Shown here: one piece after another, positions 8,869 to 17,805 of the stretch
How positions within the stretch are numbered: the stretch's first letter is position 1
Layout of the letters: every line of letters begins with the position of its first letter
Assembly (NCBI RefSeq): GCF_003259895.1
Contig: NZ_QLME01000002.1
Span: 123,489 to 155,488, forward strand
Direction of reading: 5' to 3'
Source: Halanaerobium saccharolyticum
Lineage (GTDB): Bacteria; Bacillota; Halanaerobiia; Halanaerobiales; Halanaerobiaceae
Length of the DNA: 32,000 nucleotides
Program-made: the position numbers and the translations under genes
Notes under the pieces: model-generated
What the model was told of the DNA's origin: nothing
What the model saw: the letters and a program-made list of their open reading frames with translations, nothing else
Databases searched by the model: none

Positions 8869-10446
8869 TTGTCTAAAATTAAAAGAGCATTAATCAGTGT
8901 TTCAAATAAGGAAGGTATTGTAGATTTTGCAGAGAGTTTAAAAGAATTTGGAGTAGAAATAATTTCAACTGGTGGTACAGGTCGAATGCTGAAAGAAAAT
9001 GATATCGAGGTCACGGAGATTGATCAGGTAACTAATTTTCCAGAAATGATGGATGGCCGGGTTAAGACTCTGCATCCTGCAGTTCACGGCGGAATTTTAG
9101 CAGTTAGAGATAATGAGCAGCATTTAGAAGAAATTGCAGCTCAGGATATTGAGCCAATTGATCTTGTAGTCTGCAACTTATATCCCTTTGCCGAAACAAT
9201 TGCCAGAGATGATGTAACTCTAGCAGAAGCAATAGAAAATATTGATATCGGGGGACCGACAATGATTCGTTCTGCTGCCAAAAACAACAATGATGTGGCA
9301 GTTGTCGTTGATCCGGCTGATTATGACGAGCTTCTAGCTGAAATGAAGGTTGGTAATGGCGGCTTAACTAAAACTCAGAAGCTAAAGCTTGCCTATAAGG
9401 CCTTCCACCATACTGCAGAGTATGATCAGAGAATACAGAAGTACTTAGGAGAAATTGTGCTGGCTGATGAGGAGAAAAAAGAACTGCCTGAGACATTACT
9501 TGACCGCTATGATAAAAGAGAAGATCTCCGCTATGGAGAAAATCCGCATCAAAAGGCAGCTTTTTACTTAGAGGCTGAACAGAATGAACCATCTATTTCT
9601 ACTGCCGAACAGCTGCACGGTAAGGGAATGTCTTATAATAACATCAATGATACAGATGGAGCTTTAGAGCTGGTTAAAGAATTTGAAGCTAAACCGACAG
9701 CAGCAGTAATCAAACATGCCAATCCCTGTGGAATTGCGACTGCAGATAATTTGAAAGAGGCTTTTGTTAATGCTCATGCAGGTGATCCCTTATCTGCCTT
9801 TGGCTCAATTGTGGCAGCCAATAGAAAAATTGATGCAGCCACAGCTAAAGAAATTGCAGATCAGGATAAATTTATTGAGGTGGTAATTGCTCCGGATTAT
9901 GAGGCTGAAGCTTTAGAAATCTTAAAAGAACGTTCTGATAAAATGCGTATTCTAAAAACCGGAGAGCTTTCTATTAATCGGGAAAAGCCAGGTTACAGCA
10001 TGAAAAAGGTAACAGGTGGACTTTTAGTACAGGACAGAGATTTAGCTCAAACTACTGCTGAAGATCTGGAAGTAGTAACCGAAAAAGCTCCAACTGAAGA
10101 GCAGATTGAAGATTTACTATTTTCCTGGAAGGTAGTAAAACATGTTAAATCAAATGCGATTGTAATGGCTAAAGATGAGATGGTAGTTGGTGTTGGTGCC
10201 GGGCAGATGAGTCGAGTTGATTCGATGATTATTGCCGGACGTAAAGCTGAAGGCCGTCAGGAAGGCGGAGTTGTGGCCTCAGATGCATTTTTTCCTTTCC
10301 CGGATGCTGTAGAAAAGGCAGCAGAGCTGGGCATTAAAGCAATTATTCAGCCCGGTGGTTCAATCCGTGATGATCAGGTTATAGAAGCCTGTAATGAACT
10401 CGGAATTGCAATGGTCTTTACCGGTAAGAGACACTTTAGACATTAA
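8869..10446 (+). CDS. purH: Bifunctional AICAR formyltransferase/IMP cyclohydrolase (PurH), TTG start
   Basis: KRALISVSNKEGIVDFA, DGRVKTLHPAVHGGILA, KHANPCGIA and QPGGSIRDDQVIEACNELG motifs. Confidence 0.97.
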   Translation: MSKIKRALISVSNKEGIVDFAESLKEFGVEIISTGGTGRMLKENDIEVTEIDQVTNFPEMMDGRVKTLHPAVHGGILAVRDNEQHLEEIAAQDIEPIDLVVCNLYPFAETIARDDVTLAEAIENIDIGGPTMIRSAAKNNNDVAVVVDPADYDELLAEMKVGNGGLTKTQKLKLAYKAFHHTAEYDQRIQKYLGEIVLADEEKKELPETLLDRYDKREDLRYGENPHQKAAFYLEAEQNEPSISTAEQLHGKGMSYNNINDTDGALELVKEFEAKPTAAVIKHANPCGIATADNLKEAFVNAHAGDPLSAFGSIVAANRKIDAATAKEIADQDKFIEVVIAPDYEAEALEILKERSDKMRILKTGELSINREKPGYSMKKVTGGLLVQDRDLAQTTAEDLEVVTEKAPTEEQIEDLLFSWKVVKHVKSNAIVMAKDEMVVGVGAGQMSRVDSMIIAGRKAEGRQEGGVVASDAFFPFPDAVEKAAELGIKAIIQPGGSIRDDQVIEACNELGIAMVFTGKRHFRH

Positions 10447-10487
10447 AAAAATTCAGTCTGACTGGATTAATATAGATTTCCCTAATC

Positions 10488-10550
10488 ATTCTCCATTCCT
10501 GATTAATGGACCCTACTCAGCCATTAATAAGGATGGGGAATTTTTATTTT
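10488..10550 (+). terminator. Rho-independent terminator of the pur operon
   Basis: ATTCTCCATTCCTGATTAATGG/CCATTAATAAGGATGGGGAAT long stem followed by TTTTTATTTT. Confidence 0.85.
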
Positions 10551-10555
10551 AAAAA

Positions 10556-10586
10556 TGAAAAAAACCGCCTCGGGAAAAAGGCGGTT
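10556..10586 (-). terminator. Intrinsic terminator oriented for minus-strand transcription
   Basis: The minus strand reads AACCGCC-TTTTTCCCGA-GGCGGTT followed by a T-tract; no minus-strand gene lies to its right. Confidence 0.65.
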
Positions 10587-10882
10587 AAAACAAGGAGAAA
10601 AGTATCTATTACTTTTATCTATGCTTAAAGCTGTCCTCTGCAACAGCTTCAAAAAGGGGATAACAAATCTCTATCTCTTTGCTACAATTATATAATATCA
10701 GTGGATTATTAAAAAAACTTTAAATAAAGATTAGAAAAAGATTAAAAAGAAAAATTAAATTTGACTAATTATAGACTGCAGTCAATTGGGAAATATAACT
10801 TCAAATAACACCGGAACTATCAGTAACAATTACTAATTACTAACATAACAGGGATCATAGCTATATTTTTTTGCAAATAATC

Positions 10883-10911
10883 TTGACAACAACGATAGGT
10901 TTAGTTATAAT
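10883..10911 (+). promoter_or_regulatory. Sigma-A type promoter of the iron transporter operon
   Basis: TTGACA (10883-10888), 17-bp spacer, TATAAT (10906-10911). Confidence 0.8.
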
Positions 10912-10926
10912 TAAAATCGTCTGAAG

Positions 10927-10943
10927 TTGAGAATCATTTTCAA
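10927..10943 (+). promoter_or_regulatory. Fur-like operator
   Basis: TTGAGAATCATTTTCAA, a near-perfect inverted repeat downstream of the -10 of an iron transporter gene. Confidence 0.65.
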
Positions 10944-10970
10944 ACAAAATAAGATCAAGGAGGAATTAAG

Positions 10971-11990
10971 GTGAAAAAATTAATTATAGCAACAATTTTA
11001 ATTAGCATTTTTATTGGTCTGGGGACAGCTGCAGTAGCAGCAGAAGAAGTAAACTTATATACAAATCGTCATTATGATACTGATGAGGAGATTTTGAATC
11101 GTTTTACAGAAGAAACAGGAATTGAGGTTAATGTGCTTAAGGGTGATTCTGATCAGTTAATCGAAAGAATTGCCAGAGAAGGGGAAAATTCTCCCGCTGA
11201 TGTTTTAATTACTGCCGATGCAGGTAGGTTACATAGAGCAAAGGAAAGAGATATCCTGCAGTCAGTTAGTACTGAAACACTTAATCAAAATGTACCAGCA
11301 AATTTAAGAGATGAAGATAATTACTGGTATGGCTTAACAATGAGAGGTAGAGTCATAGTTTATTCTAAAGATCGAGTTGATCCAGAAAATTTAGCAGGTT
11401 ATGGAGATTTAACTTCAGATAAATGGGAGGATAAAATTGTAGTAAGATCTTCCGAAAATATTTATAATCAGTCACTTTTAGCTTCTTTAGTTTCAATTCA
11501 TGGAGAAGAGTGGGCTGAAGAATGGGCAGCCGGTGTTGTTGACAATATGGCCCGTAAGCCTCAGGGTAATGACCGAGCTCAGGCAACAGCTGTTGCAGCA
11601 GGTGAGGGTGATCTGGCAATTATGAACACCTATTATTTAGGTAAAATGATTAATTCTGATAATCCGGCTGAAGTTGAAGTAGCAGAAAATGTTGGAATCC
11701 ATTTCCCTGATGGTGAAAATGGGACCCATATTAATGTAAGTGGAGCCGGTGTTGTCAAAAATGCTCCCAATAAGGAAAATGCTGTTAAGCTCTTAGAATA
11801 TCTAAGTTCAGCTTCAGCACAGAAATTCTTTGCTTCTGCAAATTACGAATATCCGGTTAATCCAGAAGTAGAGGCCTCTGAACTTCTGCAGTCCTGGGGA
11901 GATTTTGAAACACAGAATATTAATCTGACAGAACTTGGAATCCACAATGAGACAGCGGTAAGAATCTTTAACCGTGTTGGCTGGCAGTAA
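10971..11990 (+). CDS. Iron(III) ABC transporter substrate-binding protein (FutA/FbpA-like), GTG start
   Basis: Signal peptide followed by EEVNLYTNRHYDTDEEILNRFTEETGIEVNV; SGAGVVKNAPNKENAVKLLEYLSS. Confidence 0.9.
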   Translation: MKKLIIATILISIFIGLGTAAVAAEEVNLYTNRHYDTDEEILNRFTEETGIEVNVLKGDSDQLIERIAREGENSPADVLITADAGRLHRAKERDILQSVSTETLNQNVPANLRDEDNYWYGLTMRGRVIVYSKDRVDPENLAGYGDLTSDKWEDKIVVRSSENIYNQSLLASLVSIHGEEWAEEWAAGVVDNMARKPQGNDRAQATAVAAGEGDLAIMNTYYLGKMINSDNPAEVEVAENVGIHFPDGENGTHINVSGAGVVKNAPNKENAVKLLEYLSSASAQKFFASANYEYPVNPEVEASELLQSWGDFETQNINLTELGIHNETAVRIFNRVGWQ

Positions 11991-12068
11991 AACAAAGACT
12001 GGCGATTTTAACTTTCAATTTATAATTGATTTCTAAAAAGTGATTTTATTAATGAGGTTGGTGTAAAA

Positions 12069-13703
12069 ATGCAGCTATTAAAAACGCTAAAAAAAGCTTC
12101 TCCAGGCTGGTTTCTGCTGACAGCCGGGATAATAATTCTGCTTTTAATTCCAAATTTAAATATTATTATTAATTTATTTGGAGAAGCAGGTGAGAACTGG
12201 GAGCATGTAAGAGATTATCTGCTTATTAACTACTTTCAAAACTCTCTGATATTAGTACTTGCTACCGGCCTGCTGACTGCTTTTTTGGGAGCAGGTTTAG
12301 CCTGGATAATAGCTGCTTATAATTTTCCGGGACGTGATTTTTTAAGCTGGGGGTTAATTTTGCCTCTGGCCATCCCACCCTATATAGGCGCCTATGTTTA
12401 CCAGGGAATGTTTAGTTATACCGGACCTTTGCAGACATTTTTGAGGAATAATTTTCAGCTGCAGCTTTCACAGCAGTATTTTGATTTCATGAACATCAGA
12501 GGTGCCATCTTTATCTATACAATTTTTCTTTTTCCCTATGTTTTTTTAATGACTAAAGCCTTTTTATCCAGACAGTCAGCTTCTTTACTGGAAAGTTCAA
12601 GGCTGCTGGGGAAAAGTGACAGCACTATCTTTTTTAAGATCATTTTACCTCTTTCCCGCGGAGCAGTAGTTGCCGGCAGCAGTCTGGTGATGATGGAGGT
12701 TTTAAATGATTATGGTGTTGTAAAATATTTTGGGATCAGTACCTTTACCACAGCAATTTTTAAAAGCTGGTTTGGAATGGGAGATTTACCAACATCAGTG
12801 AGGCTGGCAGTAATGGCCATGCTGGTGATTTTTGTAGTTTTATTTATAGAAAAACTGCTGCGGGGAGGTAGAAAGTACAGCTATTCTACTTCTAACATTA
12901 GACCGGTGAGCAGAAGAAAACTGGAGGGCGGCAGAAAAATCATGGCTCAAATTTTCACCTATGGAGTTTTCTTTTTCGGGTTTTTACTTCCCACGGCTCA
13001 ACTTTTATACTGGAGTTTTTTAAGCAGGGGTGGAGGGTTAATGGAAACTCTGCATTTTGCTTTCACTTCCTTTTTAACCGGAGGAGGGGCAGCGGTTCTA
13101 ATTTTGACAGGTGCAGTGATAATTGCAACAACAGCCCGGATGAGTTCCAATTTTGTCTCCAATCTTTTAGCACGGATTACCATTCTTGGCTATTCTATTC
13201 CTGGGGCTGTAATTGCAGTTGGAGTTTTGCTTTTTATGCTGCAGCTTGATGGTGTCTTATCTTTTCTGCAGATGGGATTTGGAATAGAAGCAAACGTTGT
13301 TTTAAGCAGTACCTTAGTTATGTTAATTTTTGCCTATGCAGTGCGTTTTATGGGAATTGCTTTTAATTCGGTTAACAGCGGTTATGAAAAAATTGGTGAA
13401 AGTTATTTTGAAGCTTCCAGAACTCTGGGTAAAGGAGTTACAGAAACATTTTTTAAGATTGATCTGCCGATGCTGAAACCGGCCTTGATGAGTGGTTTTT
13501 TACTTGTTTTTATAGAGATAATGAAAGAACTACCGCTGACCATGATTTTAAGACCCTTTAACTTTGATACTCTGGCGACAAAAGCTTTTGAATATGCTTC
13601 TGATGAGATGATTTATAGAGCAGCCGATCTATCTCTGGTTCTAATTTTCTTTTCAACAGCTGCTATCTATTTAATTACTCATCACCGAAGGAGGAAAAAA
13701 TAA
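12069..13703 (+). CDS. Iron(III) ABC transporter permease (FbpB-like, two fused permease halves)
   Basis: Multiple hydrophobic segments; internally duplicated EAA-type loops (SSRLLGKSDSTIFFKIILPLSRGAV and EASRTLGKGVTETFFKIDLPMLKPAL). Confidence 0.9.
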   Translation: MQLLKTLKKASPGWFLLTAGIIILLLIPNLNIIINLFGEAGENWEHVRDYLLINYFQNSLILVLATGLLTAFLGAGLAWIIAAYNFPGRDFLSWGLILPLAIPPYIGAYVYQGMFSYTGPLQTFLRNNFQLQLSQQYFDFMNIRGAIFIYTIFLFPYVFLMTKAFLSRQSASLLESSRLLGKSDSTIFFKIILPLSRGAVVAGSSLVMMEVLNDYGVVKYFGISTFTTAIFKSWFGMGDLPTSVRLAVMAMLVIFVVLFIEKLLRGGRKYSYSTSNIRPVSRRKLEGGRKIMAQIFTYGVFFFGFLLPTAQLLYWSFLSRGGGLMETLHFAFTSFLTGGGAAVLILTGAVIIATTARMSSNFVSNLLARITILGYSIPGAVIAVGVLLFMLQLDGVLSFLQMGFGIEANVVLSSTLVMLIFAYAVRFMGIAFNSVNSGYEKIGESYFEASRTLGKGVTETFFKIDLPMLKPALMSGFLLVFIEIMKELPLTMILRPFNFDTLATKAFEYASDEMIYRAADLSLVLIFFSTAAIYLITHHRRRKK

Positions 13704-14338
13704 TGCAGTTAGAAATTAAAAATTTAACTTTTGCCTATAATAAAAAAGAAGGTAATATAGTTGATAATTTCAACCTGAAAGTAAAAAAGGGAGAGGTTGT
13801 AGCTTTAGTTGGCGCCAGCGGCAGTGGTAAAAGTACGGTTCTGCGTTTAACTGCTGGTCTGGAAATACCTGACAGCGGAGAAATTTCAATTGCAGGTCAG
13901 ACTGTGGCTGGAGATCATAAATTTAGAGCAGCAGAAAAAAGAGAAGTGGGAATGGTTTTTCAGGATTATGCACTTTTTCCCCATTTAAGTGTGGAAAAAA
14001 ATATTGTTTTTGGAATTGATCATTTAAGTAAAGATAAGAGGAAGTCTCGGGTCAAGGAGCTTTTAAAACTGGTAAATTTAGAGGGTTTTGAAAAACGCTA
14101 TCCCCATCAATTATCAGGTGGACAGCAGCAGCGGATTGCTCTGGCCAGAACTTTAGCTCCGGGACCAGAACTGCTGCTCTTAGATGAACCATTTAGCAAT
14201 CTGGATGCTGAGTTAAAGGACAAGATTAGACGAGAATTAAATGAAATCATAAAAAAAGTCGGAGTCACAACTATTTTAGTTTCTCATGATAGAGAAGACG
14301 CAGAATTTATGCAGGCCAGAGAGATTTTGATGAATTAA
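13703..14338 (+). CDS. ABC transporter ATP-binding protein (FbpC-like, short form)
   Basis: GASGSGKST Walker A, LSGGQQQRIALARTL signature, LLLLDEPFSNLD Walker B; 211 aa. Confidence 0.9.
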   Translation: MQLEIKNLTFAYNKKEGNIVDNFNLKVKKGEVVALVGASGSGKSTVLRLTAGLEIPDSGEISIAGQTVAGDHKFRAAEKREVGMVFQDYALFPHLSVEKNIVFGIDHLSKDKRKSRVKELLKLVNLEGFEKRYPHQLSGGQQQRIALARTLAPGPELLLLDEPFSNLDAELKDKIRRELNEIIKKVGVTTILVSHDREDAEFMQAREILMN

Positions 14339-14422
14339 TAGAATAAAGAGTTGTGCCTTATTAATAATGATTATTGATTACTATTATAACAGGCTTGATT
14401 AACAATTTTTTTAAAAAATATC

Positions 14423-14451
14423 TTGACAAAAACAAGATAGTTATATATAAT
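14423..14451 (+). promoter_or_regulatory. Sigma-A type promoter of the feo cluster
   Basis: TTGACA (14423-14428), 17-bp spacer, TATAAT (14446-14451). Confidence 0.8.
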
Positions 14452-14462
14452 TTTAATTGAAG

Positions 14463-14479
14463 TTGAGAACCATTTTCAT
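14463..14479 (+). promoter_or_regulatory. Fur-like operator
   Basis: TTGAGAACCATTTTCAT, matching the box at 10927 in sequence and position. Confidence 0.6.
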
Positions 14480-14513
14480 TTAAATATTGAAATAAATTAT
14501 TTTTTTATATTAT

Positions 14514-14531
14514 TTTTAGGTTAACCTAAAA
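14514..14531 (+). promoter_or_regulatory. DtxR/IdeR-like operator
   Basis: Perfect 18-bp palindrome TTTTAGGTTAACCTAAAA directly upstream of the RBS/start of a DtxR-family gene. Confidence 0.65.
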
Positions 14532-14546
14532 GTTGGGGGAATTACT

Positions 14547-15224
14547 TTGGAAGCTAAAATTACTCTGTCAGAATCAATGGAGGATTATCTGGAAGCTATC
14601 TTTAATTTAATCAAGGAGAATGGCTCGGCCCGGGTAACAGATATCGCAAATTCACTGGGAATTGCAGCTTCTTCTGTTAATCAGGGCTTAAAAAAACTAA
14701 ATGAGCAGGGGCTAATTAAACAGCAGAAGTATGGTCCGATCAAATTAACTCAAAGTGGTGTTCAGGCGGCCGAAAAAGTCAACTGTAAACATCAGATTTT
14801 ATATCTTTTTTTACACAAGACTCTCGGTGTTGAGCCGGAGACTGCTGACCAGGATGCCTGCAGTATTGAACATGTCTTAAGTCAGCAAAGTTTCGAAAAA
14901 ATGGTTGATTATCTAATCGAAAATAATTATATAGAAGAGCAAAATTGTGCTTTTAAATTTATGGAGAACGAGGAGGAAGAAAAAATGGCAGCTAAAGAAT
15001 TTATGTTAGATAGTATGAGTGTTGGGTCGAAAGCTGAAGTACTAAAAATTGAGTCTAAGGGTCGTCTAAAAAGAAAATTGATGGATATGGGTTTAAATAG
15101 AGGTGCCAGGGTTGAAGTTAAAGGAAAAGCACCAATGGGAGATCCAATCGAAATTAAAGTTAGAGGTTATAGTTTGAGTTTACGCCAGGATGAAGCGGCA
15201 GAGATTCTGGTAAAGGAGGTTTAA
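14547..15224 (+). CDS. DtxR/MntR-family metalloregulator with C-terminal FeoA-like domain, TTG start
   Basis: MEDYLEAIFNLIKENGSARVTDIANSLGIAASSVNQGLKKLNEQGLI wHTH; C-terminal LKRKLMDMGLNRGARVEVKGKAPMGDPIEIKVRGYSLSLR is FeoA-like. Confidence 0.92.
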   Translation: MEAKITLSESMEDYLEAIFNLIKENGSARVTDIANSLGIAASSVNQGLKKLNEQGLIKQQKYGPIKLTQSGVQAAEKVNCKHQILYLFLHKTLGVEPETADQDACSIEHVLSQQSFEKMVDYLIENNYIEEQNCAFKFMENEEEEKMAAKEFMLDSMSVGSKAEVLKIESKGRLKRKLMDMGLNRGARVEVKGKAPMGDPIEIKVRGYSLSLRQDEAAEILVKEV

Positions 15225-15229
15225 AATTG

Positions 15230-15460
15230 ATGCCTTTAGCAATGTTAAGACAGGGAGAGACAGCATGTATTAAAGAAATTGTCGGTGGAAGAACAGCCAG
15301 AGGAAAACTAACCGATATGGGATTTGTAAGCGGGAAAACAGTTAAGATTCACAGAAGTTCTGGTGGACCATTAATTGTTGGACTGGGTGATAATAGAATT
15401 GCACTAGGTAGAGGAATGGCACATAAAGTAATAGTAGATAACAAAGGGTGTGAAAATTAA
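15230..15460 (+). CDS. feoA: Ferrous iron transport protein A
   Basis: ARGKLTDMGFVSGKTVKIHRSSGGPLIVGLGDNRIALGRGMAHKVIV; directly upstream of feoB. Confidence 0.9.
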   Translation: MPLAMLRQGETACIKEIVGGRTARGKLTDMGFVSGKTVKIHRSSGGPLIVGLGDNRIALGRGMAHKVIVDNKGCEN

Positions 15461-17508
15461 TGGCTTTAAATAAAAGGGAAAGAAAAAATACAGAGCTTAA
15501 AGTTGCATTGGCGGGGAATCCAAACTCTGGTAAAACAACGATGTTCAATGAATTGACAGGTTCCAGACAGCATGTCGGAAACTGGCCTGGAGTAACAGTA
15601 GAAAAGAAAACAGGTCGTGCATTTTATCAGGATTATTCACTGGAAGTAATTGATCTTCCCGGTACATATTCTCTGGGAGCATATTCGGAAGATGAAGTTG
15701 TAGCCCGGGATTTTCTGACAGCTGGTGATTATGATGTAGTCTTAAATATTATCAACTCTGCTAACCTGGATCGGAATCTCTATTTTACAGTTCAGTTATT
15801 AGAAATGGGAGTAGACTTAATTGCAGTTTTAAATATGGCTGATGAGGCTGAGAAAAAAGGAATTAAAATTGATAAAAATAAATTAAGTCAGCTGCTGGGA
15901 ACACCTGTAGTAGAAACTGTAGCCAGCCGGGGTAGAGGAATTGATAATCTTTTAGAACAGACTGTTCAAAATAGAGATTTATCAGAAGCTTCCTTAAAAA
16001 TTAATTACGGCAGTGACATTGAAGATTTGATTAGTGAAGTAGTAGAAATGCTTAAGCAGTATGACTTTTCTCAGCAGATCAATCAGCGCTGGGCAGCAGT
16101 CAAGTTAATTGAGCATGACCCCGAAGCTGTAAAATTACTGGAAAGAGAAGTTGGAGCCTCAAAGGCTAAAAAGATTAAGAGTTTAATTGCAGAGAGAGAA
16201 CTTAAGGCTGAAGATGATTTTGATAATGTTATTATTGATAAAAAATATGAATTTATAAATAAAGTTATAGCCGAAAGTGTTCAGAGACCGACAGCAGACG
16301 AAGAACCCGAAAATGTTTCTGACAAAATTGATGCAGTTGTGACTAATAAATATCTTGGTATTCCAATTTTTATGGCAGTTATGTGGGCAATTTTTAAATT
16401 TACTTTTACTCTTGGTGATCCGCTGATTGGTTATATCGAAACCTTCTTTGAAATAGCCGGCGGCTGGATTGGAACACAGCTTTTAGAAATAGGAGTTTCG
16501 CCCTTGATCTCTTCCTTTATAACTGACGGAATTATTGGTGGTGTAGGTTCGGTACTGGTCTTTATACCAAATATCTTTTTGCTATTCCTGGCAATCGGTG
16601 TTTTAGAAGACAGTGGTTATATGTCCAGAGCCGCTTATGTAATGGATAAGGTAATGAGCAAGTTAGGACTGCACGGTAAGTCATTTATTCCTATGATTGT
16701 TGGTTTTGGCTGTAATGTTCCGGGAGTTATGGCGACCAGAACTTTAGACAGTAAGCGAGACCGCATTATTTCAATCTTAATTAATCCACTGATGTCCTGT
16801 TCTGCAAGATTACCAGTTTATGTTGTCTTTGCCGGTGCCTTATTTTCCAGCCATGCAAGTACTGTAGTTTTCTCACTTTATCTAATGGGGATTGTGATGG
16901 CAGTAATTATGGCCGGTATTTTCAACAAAATATTATTTAAAGGTGAGCGTTCTCACTTTGTAATGGAACTGCCTCCCTATCGTTTCCCGACTTTAAAAGG
17001 TGTAATTATTCATATGTGGGAAAAAGTAGGAGCCTTCCTCAAAAAAGCGGGAACAATTATTTTCTCAGTTGTTGTTTTAATCTGGGTTTTAGCTAATCTG
17101 CCTTTAGGGGTAGAATATGCATCTGCAGAAAGCTTTATCGGTCAGTTTGGTCAGCTGGTAGCTCCAATTTTTGCTCCATTAGGATTTGGCAGCTGGCAGG
17201 CAGCAGCCTCACTGGTCTTTGGTATTCTGGCAAAGGAAGTAGTTGTTGGAACTTTAGGAGTTGTTTATGCAGCAGGAGAAGGTGGATTAAGAACTGCTTT
17301 ACTGGCCAATTTTACTCCTCTGGCAGCTTATTCCTTCCTGACAATGGTACTTTTATATACACCGTGTATTGCAACTCTGGGAGCGATTAAATCTGAAACT
17401 CAGAGCTGGAAGTGGACTTTAATCACAGCTTCATACCTTTTTGTCTTAGCCTGGATAACAGCCTTTGTTATTTATCAGGGTGGTATGCTGCTCGGAATTG
17501 GTGTTTAA
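15460..17508 (+). CDS. feoB: Ferrous iron transport protein B
   Basis: ALAGNPNSGKTTMFNELTG, VGNWPGVTVEKKTG, DLPGTYSL, and Gate-type membrane core. Confidence 0.97.
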   Translation: MALNKRERKNTELKVALAGNPNSGKTTMFNELTGSRQHVGNWPGVTVEKKTGRAFYQDYSLEVIDLPGTYSLGAYSEDEVVARDFLTAGDYDVVLNIINSANLDRNLYFTVQLLEMGVDLIAVLNMADEAEKKGIKIDKNKLSQLLGTPVVETVASRGRGIDNLLEQTVQNRDLSEASLKINYGSDIEDLISEVVEMLKQYDFSQQINQRWAAVKLIEHDPEAVKLLEREVGASKAKKIKSLIAERELKAEDDFDNVIIDKKYEFINKVIAESVQRPTADEEPENVSDKIDAVVTNKYLGIPIFMAVMWAIFKFTFTLGDPLIGYIETFFEIAGGWIGTQLLEIGVSPLISSFITDGIIGGVGSVLVFIPNIFLLFLAIGVLEDSGYMSRAAYVMDKVMSKLGLHGKSFIPMIVGFGCNVPGVMATRTLDSKRDRIISILINPLMSCSARLPVYVVFAGALFSSHASTVVFSLYLMGIVMAVIMAGIFNKILFKGERSHFVMELPPYRFPTLKGVIIHMWEKVGAFLKKAGTIIFSVVVLIWVLANLPLGVEYASAESFIGQFGQLVAPIFAPLGFGSWQAAASLVFGILAKEVVVGTLGVVYAAGEGGLRTALLANFTPLAAYSFLTMVLLYTPCIATLGAIKSETQSWKWTLITASYLFVLAWITAFVIYQGGMLLGIGV

Positions 17509-17549
17509 TTTAGAACTGAATTTAAGCTGGATAGCTTAAGGAGGTTATT

Positions 17550-17723
17550 ATGGAATATTTATTCTTAGGGTTTTTAGGACTGGGAAGTCTTTATTATATA
17601 GGAAAAAAAGTTTATGGTGGAATTAAGGGTACAGACAGTCCCTGTGCTGGCTGTAGTGATAGCGGCTGCCCGGTATCTGGTGGAAAAGAATATGATTTTG
17701 ATGAGATTATAAAAGATGATTAA
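17550..17723 (+). CDS. FeoB-associated Cys-rich membrane protein (57 aa, absent from ORF track)
   Basis: MEYLFLGFLGLGSLYYIGKKVYGGIKGTDSPCAGCSDSGCPVSGGKEYDFDEIIKDD*; AAGGAGG RBS at about 17538-17544; one TM helix plus Cys cluster. Confidence 0.85.
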   Translation: MEYLFLGFLGLGSLYYIGKKVYGGIKGTDSPCAGCSDSGCPVSGGKEYDFDEIIKDD

Positions 17724-17734
17724 TATATAAAACA

Positions 17735-17780
17735 TATAGGTACCAGGTACAAATAGGCCTATTTGTACCTGGTACCTATA
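17735..17780. repeat. Perfect 46-bp palindrome, copy B of the GTACCTGGTACC repeat family
   Basis: TATAGGTACCAGGTACAAATAGG/CCTATTTGTACCTGGTACCTATA. Confidence 0.9.
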
Positions 17781-17805
17781 AATAAAAAGAGAAAGGAAGT
17801 TATCA

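Noticed and set aside
10640-10692. Short plus-strand ORF between purH and the iron transporter (MLKAVLCNSFKKG...)
   Set aside because: No recognisable family; it overlaps hairpins better explained by RNA structure or chance.
14360-14400. Possible additional Fur-like box (AATAATGATTATTGATTA) upstream of the feo promoter
   Set aside because: Only about 12 of 19 matches to the consensus in very AT-rich DNA; not distinguishable from background.
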